Source: a virus
Taxonomy: Duplodnaviria > Caudoviricetes
Reading direction: 5' to 3' (one strand)
Length of the DNA: 51,148 bases
Virus record (IMG/VR): IMGVR_UViG_3300017774_004509
Location: 1-51,148 of that record
The notes beneath the pieces were generated by a model, which did not search any database, was not told the DNA's origin, and saw nothing but the letters and a program-made list of their open reading frames with translations. The position numbers and the translations under genes are program-made. This document shows positions 6,717 to 16,511 of this stretch, one piece after another (the stretch's first letter is position 1; the number at the start of each line of letters is the position of its first letter).

Positions 6717-7113
6717 GGGGCTGACAAGGTATCGATTGGCAGTATAGTTCTTTAAGATGATGCAGGCAGAGTTAGATGGAAACTCTTAAATTACCTATCA
6801 CGCTATAAACGGCAAACCTATCAACTTCGAGGATATGATGAGTATCCCAACTTCAATTACTTCACGTGTATTTGAAGCAGAGACTGAGCTTGCTTTAGCA
6901 GCATAGTCTTGGGGGCCGGTGCACCCACGCCCAGCAACGGAAGTGCTTCTTACGGTTTTTGTACTTTGTACCTTACAAATGGCCTACAATTTGATTGTTT
7001 AAGTAGCCTTATAAACACTCTAATTTTGTTTCTTTTCATAAAAGTAACTAAGCCTGTGAATGAGTCTAAACAATTGACTTGTCAAGACGCGGGTTCGACT
7101 CCCGCCAGCTCCA
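6717..7113 (+). ncRNA. ssrA: tmRNA (transfer-messenger RNA), CCA not encoded
   Basis: 5' GGGGCTG pairs with 3' CAGCTCC-A including the G3:U70 Ala determinant; T-arm GCGGG-TTCGACT-CCCGC; internal tag ORF 6811-6906 after ATAAAC, ending LALAA-stop. Confidence 0.95.
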
Positions 7114-7131
7114 CGGAGCCAATGATGGGGG

Positions 7132-7166
7132 AAGGTTGCAACTTTAATTAGTTGTGACCTTTTCTT
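7132..7166 (+). terminator. intrinsic terminator after tmRNA
   Basis: AAGGTTGCAACT/AGTTGTGACCTT 12-bp stem (2 G:U) followed by TTCTT. Confidence 0.7.
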
Positions 7167-7207
7167 ATTTAGATATACTGCATATTTATTAGTAAATAAT
7201 ACGCAAT

Positions 7208-10200
7208 ATGGCATTAGTTAATTCCGGATCTGGTAATATAGTTGCAACTAATCAGATTGTCCAGGCTGATCACGTAAAGAATCTTTTAGATGCGTTGAGG
7301 GGTGACGGTGGCCAATTTGAGGTAATTATTACTGGAAGTTTAAATAATAATCCTAACGTAGCTTCTTTTGTTGGAACAGCATCGTGGGCATTAAGTTCTT
7401 CGCAGGCTAGAACATCATCACTAGCATCAACAGCATCCTACGTAACATCTTCAAATGTATTTGGACCGAACGGATCTAACTCAATATTAACTTCTTCCTA
7501 TTCAGTATCAAGCTCTTATGCACTAAGTTCATCTTTTGCAACTACTGCAAGCTTTACCGTATCTAGTTCTTTTGCAACTACTGCATCTTATGTACTATCA
7601 GCGAGTTACGCACTAAGTTCATCTTTTGCACAGACTGCATCATTTGTAATATCTTCAAGCTATGCATTGAGTGCATCAATAGCAGCAACGGCAAGTTTAG
7701 CTTCTACAGCTTCTTTCGTAACTGCTTCAAATGTATTTGGTCCTCTTGGTGCAAATTCTGTTAACAGAGCATTAAGTGCATCGTATGTTAATATAACATC
7801 ATCACAAGCTCACGTAACTATTTCCTACGCTGGATCACAAATAACAGTATCTGTTAATACTGGATCTGGAGCAACCAGTGGTATAACGCTATCCGGTAAC
7901 AATAACGAATTTACATACATAACAAGTCCTACTTCAATAATTGGGACACCGAGTATGAGTTTCTCGGCTGGTACTGGTATAATTGCAACTGGTTCATTTA
8001 GAGGTCCGTTAGCTGGAACTGCGTCTTGGGCAAATAATGCTATACTAGCTACATCAGCTAGCACAATAGATATTGATCTAGCAACATCGAATCATTCTTA
8101 TTTTGTACATTTTGGTACACAATCAAGTGGGCATGAGTCGGTGAAAGTAGATACGGGATTAACTTATAATCCCTCAACAGACACTCTAACAGCTGTTACC
8201 TTTAGTGGGTACTTAAATGGTACAGCTTCATATGCATTAACTTCATCAGTAGCATCAACAGCAATAAGTGCAACAAGTGCTTCAGTTGTAAGTGTATCAA
8301 GCACAAATACAGCTGGTACCTATTACGTGCACTTTGGTAGTCAAACAACCGGACACGATGATATTCAAGTTGATACGGATTTAAGTTACAATGCAAGTAC
8401 TAATGTATTAACTGCACCAACTTTTAGTGGATTACTACAAGGAACTGCATCTGTAGCAGTAACAGCATCTTATGTTAAACAAGCTGAGAGCGCTTCATAT
8501 GTTAACATAGTAGGTCAGAATATAACAGTTAACTACACATCAACTGGTATTCAATTAACAGGATCTGCGGCAGGTGGGGGTAGTCTTAATGGTATAGATA
8601 TTCAATTAAATGCCGCGGATAATGATAAAATTAGATTAACGTCTGCTAGCGTTGAAGTGGGAACTGCGTTGACAGTAAAATTTGCAACCTCATCATCGCG
8701 GGCGGTATCATCAAGCTATGCATTATCAGCATCATACGCATTATCTAGCTCACTTGCAACTTCAAGTTCGTTTGCAACATCTGCTTCGTATGCACTTTCA
8801 TCAAGCTACGCACTTTCATCAAGCTTTGCATCAAAAGCTACATCAGCATCTTACTCAGAAACAAGTTCATTATCAAATATAGCTTTAGTAGCCAATGATG
8901 CTGACCAGATAAAAATTAATGCTGAACCTGGTACCCCTGGTAATCGATATATCTACTATGGTGATAATACAACAGGATATACTGATTTATTTAGTGATAG
9001 CACTCTAACATATAACCCATTTACAAATGTATTAGCAGCTACTACCTTTAGCGGACAATTAAACGGGACGGCTTCTTGGGCACAAAACTTTAACACTTCA
9101 TCACTACTAACAACAGCTTCTGCTACGTCTAATCAAATTACATTCACAAAAGGAAATGGTGATCAATTTATTGTTACTTTAGCTGGAGGAACTGGTGGTG
9201 GTGGTGGTGCAACTGATATAGTGGTTGGACAAACAGACCCTAATAATAAAATACAACTTAAATCTGGTAGTGCTTATATTGGTAGTGAGTTGACAGTACC
9301 ATTTGCGACATCAGCTTCTCATGCTAATACAGCTCTTTTAACAGCTTCTGTAAGTTCTAACACTATTACTTTTACAAAAGGAAATGGCAATCAATTTAGT
9401 TTAACGGTTGCAACCGGTTCTGGTGGTGGCCCATCCACTACACCAGGTGGATCTAATACTTCAGTACAATTTAATAGTAGTAGCACATTTAGTGGATCTA
9501 GTAATTTTACTTATGATTATAATAAAAATGCACTAACCTTAACAATTAATCCAGCAACAAATGTAAGTGGTGGATTAAGTATAGGTGGTTTGGATGGTGA
9601 AACACAAACATCTCAACCAAATATCATCAAACATTCAGGTGTTAGTATAGGTTACGGTAATAGATCTGATTCTAGTTTTTATGGAGCTGAAGGATGGTAT
9701 CCTTCATTCACACTTGGAAACGATAATATAGCAGGTGGACATAATTCATTTGCTGCAGGGGAGTATAATATTGCTAAGGAATATAATCAGTTTGTTGTCG
9801 GACGAAGTAATATGACATCATCGATTGTTGGTGCATTTATAGTAGGTGATGGATCAAATCCTGGTAATAGGAGAAATTTACTTGTCGCCGGTGGTGGCTT
9901 AGTATCTATAACTGGTTCATTAATATCTTCAGGTAGTGTTATATTCCCAAGCTTAACAAACGTATCACAAGTCAATGCAGTTATGATAGATACTGCAAGT
10001 GGCCAACTATATTACTTATCAACAAGTTCATTTGGTGTAGGTGGTGGAGGTGGTGGAGACATTACTGATGTGCAACAAGGTAATGGTATTACCGTAACCA
10101 ACTCAGGTGGACCACAACCAACAGTTACGCTTAATACTGGTTCAGCTCACTTCACTACTGGAGTAGGTAAATTAGCTGGTGGATTGGATACACAAATTCA

Positions 10201-10921
10201 ATTTAATAGTGGTTCTACTAATTTTAGTGGTTCTACTAATTTCACTTTTGACTATGTGGCTAATAGAGCTAGATTAACTGGTTCGTTGGTTGTTACGGGA
10301 TCTTCTACATTAACTGGATCCTTTAATATGCAAGGTGTTGCTACTATTACTGGTTCATTTAATGTTTATAATAGTGCTGATACATTTTTTACTCCTGCAT
10401 TTGTTCACGACAGATTAACCGCTGGAGGAGCTACTAATCCGTATATGTCTTTAAGATTAATTGACGGTATAGGTGTTAGTGGTTCTGTATTAGAATTACA
10501 AGCTCTTTCAAAAGGAACTACAGTTAATACTTATTTTGCAGGAGGTATAAATATTGCTGCTTATCCACAACCAGCCACTACTACTGCAGGTAGACCTATA
10601 AAATTTATCACATCAATACTCGGTACCCCAGATGCTAGTTCATTTGAATGGCATTATAGAAATACGGTTGAGATAGATAGTACAACTTTAAAAATGAGAC
10701 TCGATGTACCATCAGGAGTGTTATCAAACTCAGGAAGTATAGTAACATCTGGTAGCTTGACAATAGCTAGTGGATCTGCTAGTACAAATGGAGATACAAG
10801 CTTTTACTTTGGTAATAGTGGATCTAATGGAAGTTGGAGATTTAATTTAGCAAACGGTACAATGTCTTTGCAAGCACATAATGGTGCAAGTTATGTAACT
10901 AAACAAGAATGGACAGCTTAA
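7208..10921 (+). CDS. long Ser/Thr/Ala/Gly-rich tail fibre-like protein with internal repeats
   Basis: 9-aa periodic (AS)YALSSSFA repeats, three LTYNPxTxxLTAxTFSGxLxGTAS modules, paired ITFTKGNGxQF and QFNSxSxFSGSxNFTxDY modules; TATTTATT at 7183-7190. Confidence 0.7.
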   Translation: MALVNSGSGNIVATNQIVQADHVKNLLDALRGDGGQFEVIITGSLNNNPNVASFVGTASWALSSSQARTSSLASTASYVTSSNVFGPNGSNSILTSSYSVSSSYALSSSFATTASFTVSSSFATTASYVLSASYALSSSFAQTASFVISSSYALSASIAATASLASTASFVTASNVFGPLGANSVNRALSASYVNITSSQAHVTISYAGSQITVSVNTGSGATSGITLSGNNNEFTYITSPTSIIGTPSMSFSAGTGIIATGSFRGPLAGTASWANNAILATSASTIDIDLATSNHSYFVHFGTQSSGHESVKVDTGLTYNPSTDTLTAVTFSGYLNGTASYALTSSVASTAISATSASVVSVSSTNTAGTYYVHFGSQTTGHDDIQVDTDLSYNASTNVLTAPTFSGLLQGTASVAVTASYVKQAESASYVNIVGQNITVNYTSTGIQLTGSAAGGGSLNGIDIQLNAADNDKIRLTSASVEVGTALTVKFATSSSRAVSSSYALSASYALSSSLATSSSFATSASYALSSSYALSSSFASKATSASYSETSSLSNIALVANDADQIKINAEPGTPGNRYIYYGDNTTGYTDLFSDSTLTYNPFTNVLAATTFSGQLNGTASWAQNFNTSSLLTTASATSNQITFTKGNGDQFIVTLAGGTGGGGGATDIVVGQTDPNNKIQLKSGSAYIGSELTVPFATSASHANTALLTASVSSNTITFTKGNGNQFSLTVATGSGGGPSTTPGGSNTSVQFNSSSTFSGSSNFTYDYNKNALTLTINPATNVSGGLSIGGLDGETQTSQPNIIKHSGVSIGYGNRSDSSFYGAEGWYPSFTLGNDNIAGGHNSFAAGEYNIAKEYNQFVVGRSNMTSSIVGAFIVGDGSNPGNRRNLLVAGGGLVSITGSLISSGSVIFPSLTNVSQVNAVMIDTASGQLYYLSTSSFGVGGGGGGDITDVQQGNGITVTNSGGPQPTVTLNTGSAHFTTGVGKLAGGLDTQIQFNSGSTNFSGSTNFTFDYVANRARLTGSLVVTGSSTLTGSFNMQGVATITGSFNVYNSADTFFTPAFVHDRLTAGGATNPYMSLRLIDGIGVSGSVLELQALSKGTTVNTYFAGGINIAAYPQPATTTAGRPIKFITSILGTPDASSFEWHYRNTVEIDSTTLKMRLDVPSGVLSNSGSIVTSGSLTIASGSASTNGDTSFYFGNSGSNGSWRFNLANGTMSLQAHNGASYVTKQEWTA

Positions 10922-10922
10922 T

Positions 10923-11381
10923 ATGGCAACTAAAATAGTAGATAGACTAACAGTAACTGGATCCGCTTATATAACAGGTGGATTAGAGGCATACAATATT
11001 CCTGCAGGGTATTCAACTTATACATCTAGTTTTAGCATGGATAATGGTGCAGGAGGTATTACAATTGCAACAAAAACTCAAACTTCCGAACAAACTATAA
11101 TTAATATATCACCAGGTACCTTAGAATTTCTCGTAAAACCAACTATAAATGGTACTGGATTTTCATTAGCTGACAGTAATGGGCAGGGATTTACGTATGG
11201 TATAAATGGTGATTTGGCTTTAAGGGCTGTGTCAATGTCTTTTTATGATGGTACCACTCCTATTCCACAACCTACTGCTATAGCTGATGCTACTGGTGGA
11301 AGTACTGTAGATACTCAAGCGCGCGCTGCTATTAACCAGTTGCTTCAAGCAATGAGAGGTTTAGGCTTGATAAGGATTTAG
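10923..11381 (+). CDS. tail fibre-associated protein
   Basis: C-terminal IADATGGSTVDTQARAAINQLLQAMRGLGLI helix motif seen in phage fibre-related proteins; adjacent to fibre genes. Confidence 0.55.
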   Translation: MATKIVDRLTVTGSAYITGGLEAYNIPAGYSTYTSSFSMDNGAGGITIATKTQTSEQTIINISPGTLEFLVKPTINGTGFSLADSNGQGFTYGINGDLALRAVSMSFYDGTTPIPQPTAIADATGGSTVDTQARAAINQLLQAMRGLGLIRI

Positions 11382-11398
11382 CGATTATTTAATACATT

Positions 11399-12250
11399 AT
11401 GAGTCTACAATACAAAGGACAGGATGTTGTACAGGCTGGTAACTCTGCAGATAGAGCGTATGCAACTGCATCATTAGTTAGTAGTAGTTTAATATTTACA
11501 ACCATTGGTAACACTACATTTAGTATAAATTTATCAAATCTAAGTGGTTCTTTTAGCGGGTCTTTCACAGGAACATCATCCTTTGCATTAACATCATCAT
11601 ACTCGACAACATTAGGTGCATCCTTAGCAAATAATAGTAGCGGTCAGTTAACTTTACGCAATAGTAATAGCTCTACTATTAGTACTATTTCCCAACTAAC
11701 AGCAAGTTTAGCTTTAACAGCGTCACACGTTACCGCCCTAAGAGCTGCCGGCTCCGATTCACAAATTCAATATAACAGTGGGAGTACTTTTGCAGGTACA
11801 GCAAGTTTTACCTTTATATATCAAAGTCAATCTTTACAACAAGGTAACCATGTTACAGCTTCCGGTTTATTTTCACACGCTGAAGGAGAAAATACTCAAG
11901 CAGTGGGAGTCGCTTCACACGCAGAAGGACAGAATACTATAGCAAGAGGAGATTACTCGCACGCTGAAGGATTCAATACAATAGCATCCGGTTCACATCA
12001 AACAGTAGTAGGTACTTATAATGTTCAAAACAATACTATTTCTGAATTTGTGGTTGGTATTGGAAATGCATCAACACGTAAAGATGGATTTACAGTAGAT
12101 GCAGATGCTAACCTATCAGGTTCTATTATGATTCCTACTAATACCGCAAATCCTTCAAACCCAAAAACAGGTTCGATGTATTATAATACTTCTACAAATA
12201 GATTACATATTTATAATGGTACAGCTTGGAGATCATCATCCTTTTTTTAA
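11399..12250 (+). CDS. short tail fibre/adhesin with YadA-head-like repeats
   Basis: Three 14-aa repeats SHAEGxNTxAxG followed by QTVVGTYN; shares GSDSQIQYNSGSTF module with the long fibre; C-terminal GSMYYNT...IYNGTAW. Confidence 0.7.
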   Translation: MSLQYKGQDVVQAGNSADRAYATASLVSSSLIFTTIGNTTFSINLSNLSGSFSGSFTGTSSFALTSSYSTTLGASLANNSSGQLTLRNSNSSTISTISQLTASLALTASHVTALRAAGSDSQIQYNSGSTFAGTASFTFIYQSQSLQQGNHVTASGLFSHAEGENTQAVGVASHAEGQNTIARGDYSHAEGFNTIASGSHQTVVGTYNVQNNTISEFVVGIGNASTRKDGFTVDADANLSGSIMIPTNTANPSNPKTGSMYYNTSTNRLHIYNGTAWRSSSFF

Positions 12251-12279
12251 AAACACTATATTTATAATAAACTCATACC

Positions 12280-13059
12280 ATGAAACCACTATATGCCTTA
12301 AAAGGGTTGTTTGTGGTTTTGCTTTTCCTAAAGTCTTTAACTGGCTTCACACAAACACCCTGCGATCAAGCATCTTCCTATTTAGAACACTTCGAATACG
12401 GCACACCTAATTTCTTACAGCTGTATACGGGCGGATACTGTATTTCTGATTCTATATCAGATACAACAATCTATATGCGATTCTATCCCAACAATGAAAA
12501 CGGAATCGTGTATTGGGGATACTCATCCCCATTAGGATTCTTATTAAATGTAGCCAATGTTGCTATATACAATTCAAGTTGTATTTTAATATCACAAGGT
12601 CGATTTGTTAATGATTTAACAGATGAATTATATTATATTCGATTTGATCTAAGAACAGAATATATTGACAACTTCTGTCCGTATTTTATACCTTTTAATC
12701 CACTTGCTGTTGATTTTGGTATGATTAAGGCTGAACGTCATAACTCTAATATATTTGTTGATTGGGTTACTATGTCTGAAGAAAATAGTAATTACTTTGT
12801 TGTAGAATATAGTTATGATCTTAACAATTGGATAGAGGCTGCCAGCGTTAAAGCAGGAGATAATAGTTCAACACAGCAATTTTATTCAGCTGAATTCAGA
12901 CCGATATACTCTGGTATCGTCTATATAAGAATAGTTGAGTATGATTACAATGGCAACACTACGAAAAGCGATCCTATATACATTGAATACAATCTAGATA
13001 CTATTTATAATAAACAAGTATATGATCTGGCAGGTAGACTAATTAAAATACGTAACTAA
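12280..13059 (+). CDS. secreted protein with Bacteroidota 'PLPVEL' Ig-like domain and truncated T9SS type A CTD-like tail
   Basis: Signal peptide; PLAVDF...WVTMSEENSNYFVVEYSYD...YIRIVEYDYNG..KS; ends VYDLAGRLIK; TATTTATA at 12259-12266. Confidence 0.7.
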   Translation: MKPLYALKGLFVVLLFLKSLTGFTQTPCDQASSYLEHFEYGTPNFLQLYTGGYCISDSISDTTIYMRFYPNNENGIVYWGYSSPLGFLLNVANVAIYNSSCILISQGRFVNDLTDELYYIRFDLRTEYIDNFCPYFIPFNPLAVDFGMIKAERHNSNIFVDWVTMSEENSNYFVVEYSYDLNNWIEAASVKAGDNSSTQQFYSAEFRPIYSGIVYIRIVEYDYNGNTTKSDPIYIEYNLDTIYNKQVYDLAGRLIKIRN

Positions 13060-13337
13060 TGAAGTTTTTTAATATAATTAAGCAAATATTCGTATATATT
13101 TTTGGTATATTTGATACTCAGCCAAATAGCGCATCCTTACGCAAAGTTAGTGCTGTGTGGACTATGGTACTTGCAACTATAGCTCACTACAAATTTGCAA
13201 ACACTACAAATATCGATAGTATTATTGCAATCGATTATGTATTCATTGCAGTTTTATTGGGATTAGTTACCGTAGAGAGTCTCTTGCGCTTTTTCAGTGA
13301 AAAAAAAATAGATAAAAATGCAGAAAATGACGTATAA
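13059..13337 (+). CDS. small 2-TM holin-like protein
   Basis: Two hydrophobic segments, charged C-terminus, SLRKV before TM1. Confidence 0.45.
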   Translation: MKFFNIIKQIFVYIFGIFDTQPNSASLRKVSAVWTMVLATIAHYKFANTTNIDSIIAIDYVFIAVLLGLVTVESLLRFFSEKKIDKNAENDV

Positions 13338-13385
13338 CTGTTGTTTTTCTGGGGAAAATTTTAGAAATTAAAAATAAAAACACTT

Positions 13386-13622
13386 ATGGTTTTATTACTT
13401 ATAACAGTAGCTGGATTTGTAGCAGCAAGCGGATTAGTAGTTTATTTAGCTTTAGATCGTAGAAGCTTAAAAGACAAATACGAATCGACACAATTGAAAT
13501 ACAAAGCGACATTGGCTTATGCCGAAACCTTAGCAATTAAGAATGCCGAATTACAACAATCGGATCTAAGCAAGCGAGAATCAAAGACAGCTGGTCGACC
13601 TAAGAAAGCTAAAAACATGTAG
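13386..13622 (+). CDS. N-terminally anchored coiled-coil membrane protein
   Basis: N-terminal TM, helical body, basic tail; AACTGTTG upstream at 13336-13343. Confidence 0.6.
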   Translation: MVLLLITVAGFVAASGLVVYLALDRRSLKDKYESTQLKYKATLAYAETLAIKNAELQQSDLSKRESKTAGRPKKAKNM

Positions 13623-13623
13623 T

Positions 13624-14040
13624 ATGTCTAATTATACAAAACTGGTTGAGTCACGTTTTTTTAGCAATATTAATGCTGAATTTAAGATGGCTCAAACTGT
13701 GATGAGGTTAGATATACCGTTTAATGTTGATGATGTTAGTTTAAGGTTCGATCCGGAATACACTAAATCTCTGTATGAGTTTTATCTATATGATATGAAC
13801 TGCATGCAAGACTTACAACTCGCATTAGATGATCCGAATATTGTTAACTATGTCCAATGCGAATATCTAGTCTTGTTTTTTTCGCGGAAGAAAAAATTAG
13901 TTGATGAATCACTAATGTACACCCACTACATCAATGGTGATATACCTTTCTATAGAGGTAAGCATAAGATAAATAATAAATTTGTTTATACGGCGATGAT
14001 AGATACAAGATTCATCATACCTCCCTGCAGTACAAATTAA
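13624..14040 (+). CDS. hypothetical protein
   Basis: ORF packed between neighbours; no recognisable motif. Confidence 0.65.
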   Translation: MSNYTKLVESRFFSNINAEFKMAQTVMRLDIPFNVDDVSLRFDPEYTKSLYEFYLYDMNCMQDLQLALDDPNIVNYVQCEYLVLFFSRKKKLVDESLMYTHYINGDIPFYRGKHKINNKFVYTAMIDTRFIIPPCSTN

Positions 14041-14074
14041 CTGTTGCTTGTTTGAGATTTTCTTTGTATGTTTA
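14039..14074 (+). promoter_or_regulatory. AACTGTTG-N20-TATGTTTA putative promoter
   Basis: Conserved octamer and spacer upstream of 14100. Confidence 0.6.
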
Positions 14075-14099
14075 ACACCAAACATATAATAACTCTCAT

Positions 14100-14504
14100 A
14101 TGAATGCATTAGAATGCCGCAATTGCGGCACACCAGTAAAAGTTGACCCCCGTACTGTGTCTTGTCTCTGTTTTCAATGTACAATTGAAACAATGTGGAG
14201 CGCAGCTCCTAGGGTTGAAAGGAAAAAAATTGGATACCCTAAAGGTTGGAGATTTATGAAGGAGTTTGTGCACGCTGATGGTACTGTCTTCCGAAAGGGT
14301 ATTGAACAACCTGAATTGAAAGGCTCACTACCAATGACGGAAATAGTTGCAAAGCCTAAGAAATCAGCTAAACAAAAAGCAGAAGAGAAGGCTGAGGCTA
14401 TTGATAAGATAGCCAAGCTTAAGAAGCAATTGAAGAGTGAGCAACGTAAAACGCATCAAAAGAAACTTGAAACTCAAATTAAAAAATTACAAACAAAGCT
14501 ATGA
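14100..14504 (+). CDS. zinc-ribbon protein with basic coiled-coil C-terminus
   Basis: CRNC...CFQC; Lys-rich tail. Confidence 0.7.
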   Translation: MNALECRNCGTPVKVDPRTVSCLCFQCTIETMWSAAPRVERKKIGYPKGWRFMKEFVHADGTVFRKGIEQPELKGSLPMTEIVAKPKKSAKQKAEEKAEAIDKIAKLKKQLKSEQRKTHQKKLETQIKKLQTKL

Positions 14505-15253
14505 ATTTTACAGCAGAACAGTTACAGGAAAACTATAGTAAGTTATTAACAATAATTGATCAGTATATTACCAGCCCACGAAAAGAGAGGTTGATTGAAC
14601 TATATCAGACTCATGCTGAGCGTATCATGCTCATGCCAGCCTCTAGTACAGATCATCATCACAATGCTTTTCCTGGTGGTTATGTAGACCATGTTAATCG
14701 AGTTGTTGAGTGTGCTTTGAAAATTAAAGCTTTGTGGGAAGCTGCCGGATCCTATATTAACTACACGGATGAAGAATTAGTATTCGCAGCATTAAATCAC
14801 GATCTTGGTAAAATAGGCACCCAGGAAGCAGAGCAATATATACCAAATGATTCTGAGTGGCATAGAAAGAATTTAGGTAAGCTATATAAATATAATCCAG
14901 CTAATGCATTTCTACCAGTTCCGGAACGAAGTTTATTTCTATTACAGGAAGCTGGTATACAAGTATCACTCAATGAGTATTTAGGCATACGATTGCATGA
15001 TGGATTATACGATGATGCTAATAAACCATTCTTTATTTCACATACAAAAGAATCTAAACTAAGATGTAACTTACCTATAATTCTTCACCACGCTGATCAT
15101 ATGGCTGCCAGGATAGAATTTGAGATATGGGATAGAAACGAAGGAACACAGCAAAAAACGCAGACACAAAAACCAAAAGCAAGAATACCACAAAACTTAT
15201 CTGATACACAGAAAGAAGATTTACAGGGAATATTTAATAAATTATTTGAATAA
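14501..15253 (+). CDS. HD-domain phosphohydrolase (YhaM-like HD domain, no OB fold)
   Basis: PAS..HHNAFPGGYVDH, NHDLGK, LHDG and HHAD metal-binding motifs. Confidence 0.85.
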   Translation: MNFTAEQLQENYSKLLTIIDQYITSPRKERLIELYQTHAERIMLMPASSTDHHHNAFPGGYVDHVNRVVECALKIKALWEAAGSYINYTDEELVFAALNHDLGKIGTQEAEQYIPNDSEWHRKNLGKLYKYNPANAFLPVPERSLFLLQEAGIQVSLNEYLGIRLHDGLYDDANKPFFISHTKESKLRCNLPIILHHADHMAARIEFEIWDRNEGTQQKTQTQKPKARIPQNLSDTQKEDLQGIFNKLFE

Positions 15254-15561
15254 TGATGATTATAACTATTGTTTTACTAGTAGTAACTCTTGGAATTACC
15301 GGATATCTTGCGTATATTAATTATACGAAATATAATCGTGCAGTCTTATACGCAGAAGCATATGTACGCTTTATATCAGCAACATACTTAAAAATATCAG
15401 AAATAAATTACAGGATGAAAGAGATCGATCATAAAGGGTCATTCAAAGCTGATGATGAGGTAGGATACACATTTACTGCGTTAAAAGAATGCACAGATGA
15501 TTTGCATAACTTTATAACGAAATATGTCAATACAGAAGAAGAGAAAACCGAGAACCAGTAA
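15253..15561 (+). CDS. N-terminal TM hypothetical protein
   Basis: Hydrophobic N-terminus; coupled start. Confidence 0.65.
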   Translation: MMIITIVLLVVTLGITGYLAYINYTKYNRAVLYAEAYVRFISATYLKISEINYRMKEIDHKGSFKADDEVGYTFTALKECTDDLHNFITKYVNTEEEKTENQ

Positions 15562-16240
15562 GAAAAAAATGTATTTTGGTCCGGAAGTGGATCAAAGTAT
15601 TATTAATTATAACGAATCTGATGATTACGATGTACGTAGTCGAATATACGAGAAAGAAATAAAATATGCTCTTGATAAGCTAGTAGAAAATACAATACAC
15701 ACTTATAAGTTCTACTATACAGACAATCAAGAGTTATCAACAATACAACATGAGGCCGTTACCTTTCTAATTGAGAAGCTACCAAACTTCACAAGAGAGA
15801 AAGGTAAGGCCTTTAGCTATTTCTCCATTGTAGCTAAAAATTACTTCATTTTACAAAACGAAAAAAACTTCAAGAAGTTAACTCAACACGATAAAATAGA
15901 TGTATACTCAGATTCAACGAAAGTATCAGTAACACCATCCGATGATGTTAACATGATTACATTCATCAATGAGTTTGTAGATTATTGGGATATTAACTTA
16001 GACTTTTGTTATGAAAAAAAGGTCGACCGTAACATTGCAGCTGCAATTATAGAGTTATTTAGACGTCGCGAGACTTTGGAAATATTTAATAAGAAAGCTT
16101 TATACATATACATAAGAGAAATGACAGATGTATCAACACAGCAAGTTACTCGAGTAGTAAAGTCATTAAAGGATAAGTATCGGAAGATGTATGAAGATTA
16201 TGATAGACTAGGATATATACCAAAGCAGATTGTATACTGA
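15524..16240 (+). CDS. phage sigma factor, T4 gp55-like late sigma candidate
   Basis: LIEKLPNFTREKGKAFSYFSIVAKNYFI resembles sigma region 2 of gp55-type factors (NF...AYxT/S...NxF); helical C-terminal HTH-like segment. Confidence 0.7.
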   Translation: MSIQKKRKPRTSKKKMYFGPEVDQSIINYNESDDYDVRSRIYEKEIKYALDKLVENTIHTYKFYYTDNQELSTIQHEAVTFLIEKLPNFTREKGKAFSYFSIVAKNYFILQNEKNFKKLTQHDKIDVYSDSTKVSVTPSDDVNMITFINEFVDYWDINLDFCYEKKVDRNIAAAIIELFRRRETLEIFNKKALYIYIREMTDVSTQQVTRVVKSLKDKYRKMYEDYDRLGYIPKQIVY

Positions 16241-16491
16241 TGATAATACAATTTAGTAAAGAGAGATTGTTAAAGTTTATCGAGTGGGAAATAAAGGCTT
16301 GGGAAAATGTAGGTGGTGGTCCTAATATGGATGCTTACTATTTTGATGTATCAACAGCTAACTATCAACAATTAGAAGATGATGGTTACTTTGAAAATAC
16401 AGATGCTTGGATTGCTGGTGTTAGAATACAAGCACTATATCAATTGATGCAAGAAATACAAAATGCACCGGAGCCAATATCAAAATTTTAA
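16240..16491 (+). CDS. hypothetical protein
   Basis: Coupled ORF. Confidence 0.65.
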   Translation: MIIQFSKERLLKFIEWEIKAWENVGGGPNMDAYYFDVSTANYQQLEDDGYFENTDAWIAGVRIQALYQLMQEIQNAPEPISKF

Positions 16492-16511
16492 ATACATCAT
16501 TATTTATAATC

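Noticed and set aside
7086-7113. Stand-alone tRNA-Ala
   Set aside because: The T-arm and acceptor belong to the tmRNA; there is no anticodon arm.
6909-7214. ORFs 6909-7151 (+) and 7020-7214 (-)
   Set aside because: They overlap the tmRNA 3' half and its terminator.
7400-8870. CRISPR array or DGR repeats in the fibre gene
   Set aside because: The repeats are in-frame, degenerate coding repeats without unique spacers; no cas or reverse transcriptase gene is present.
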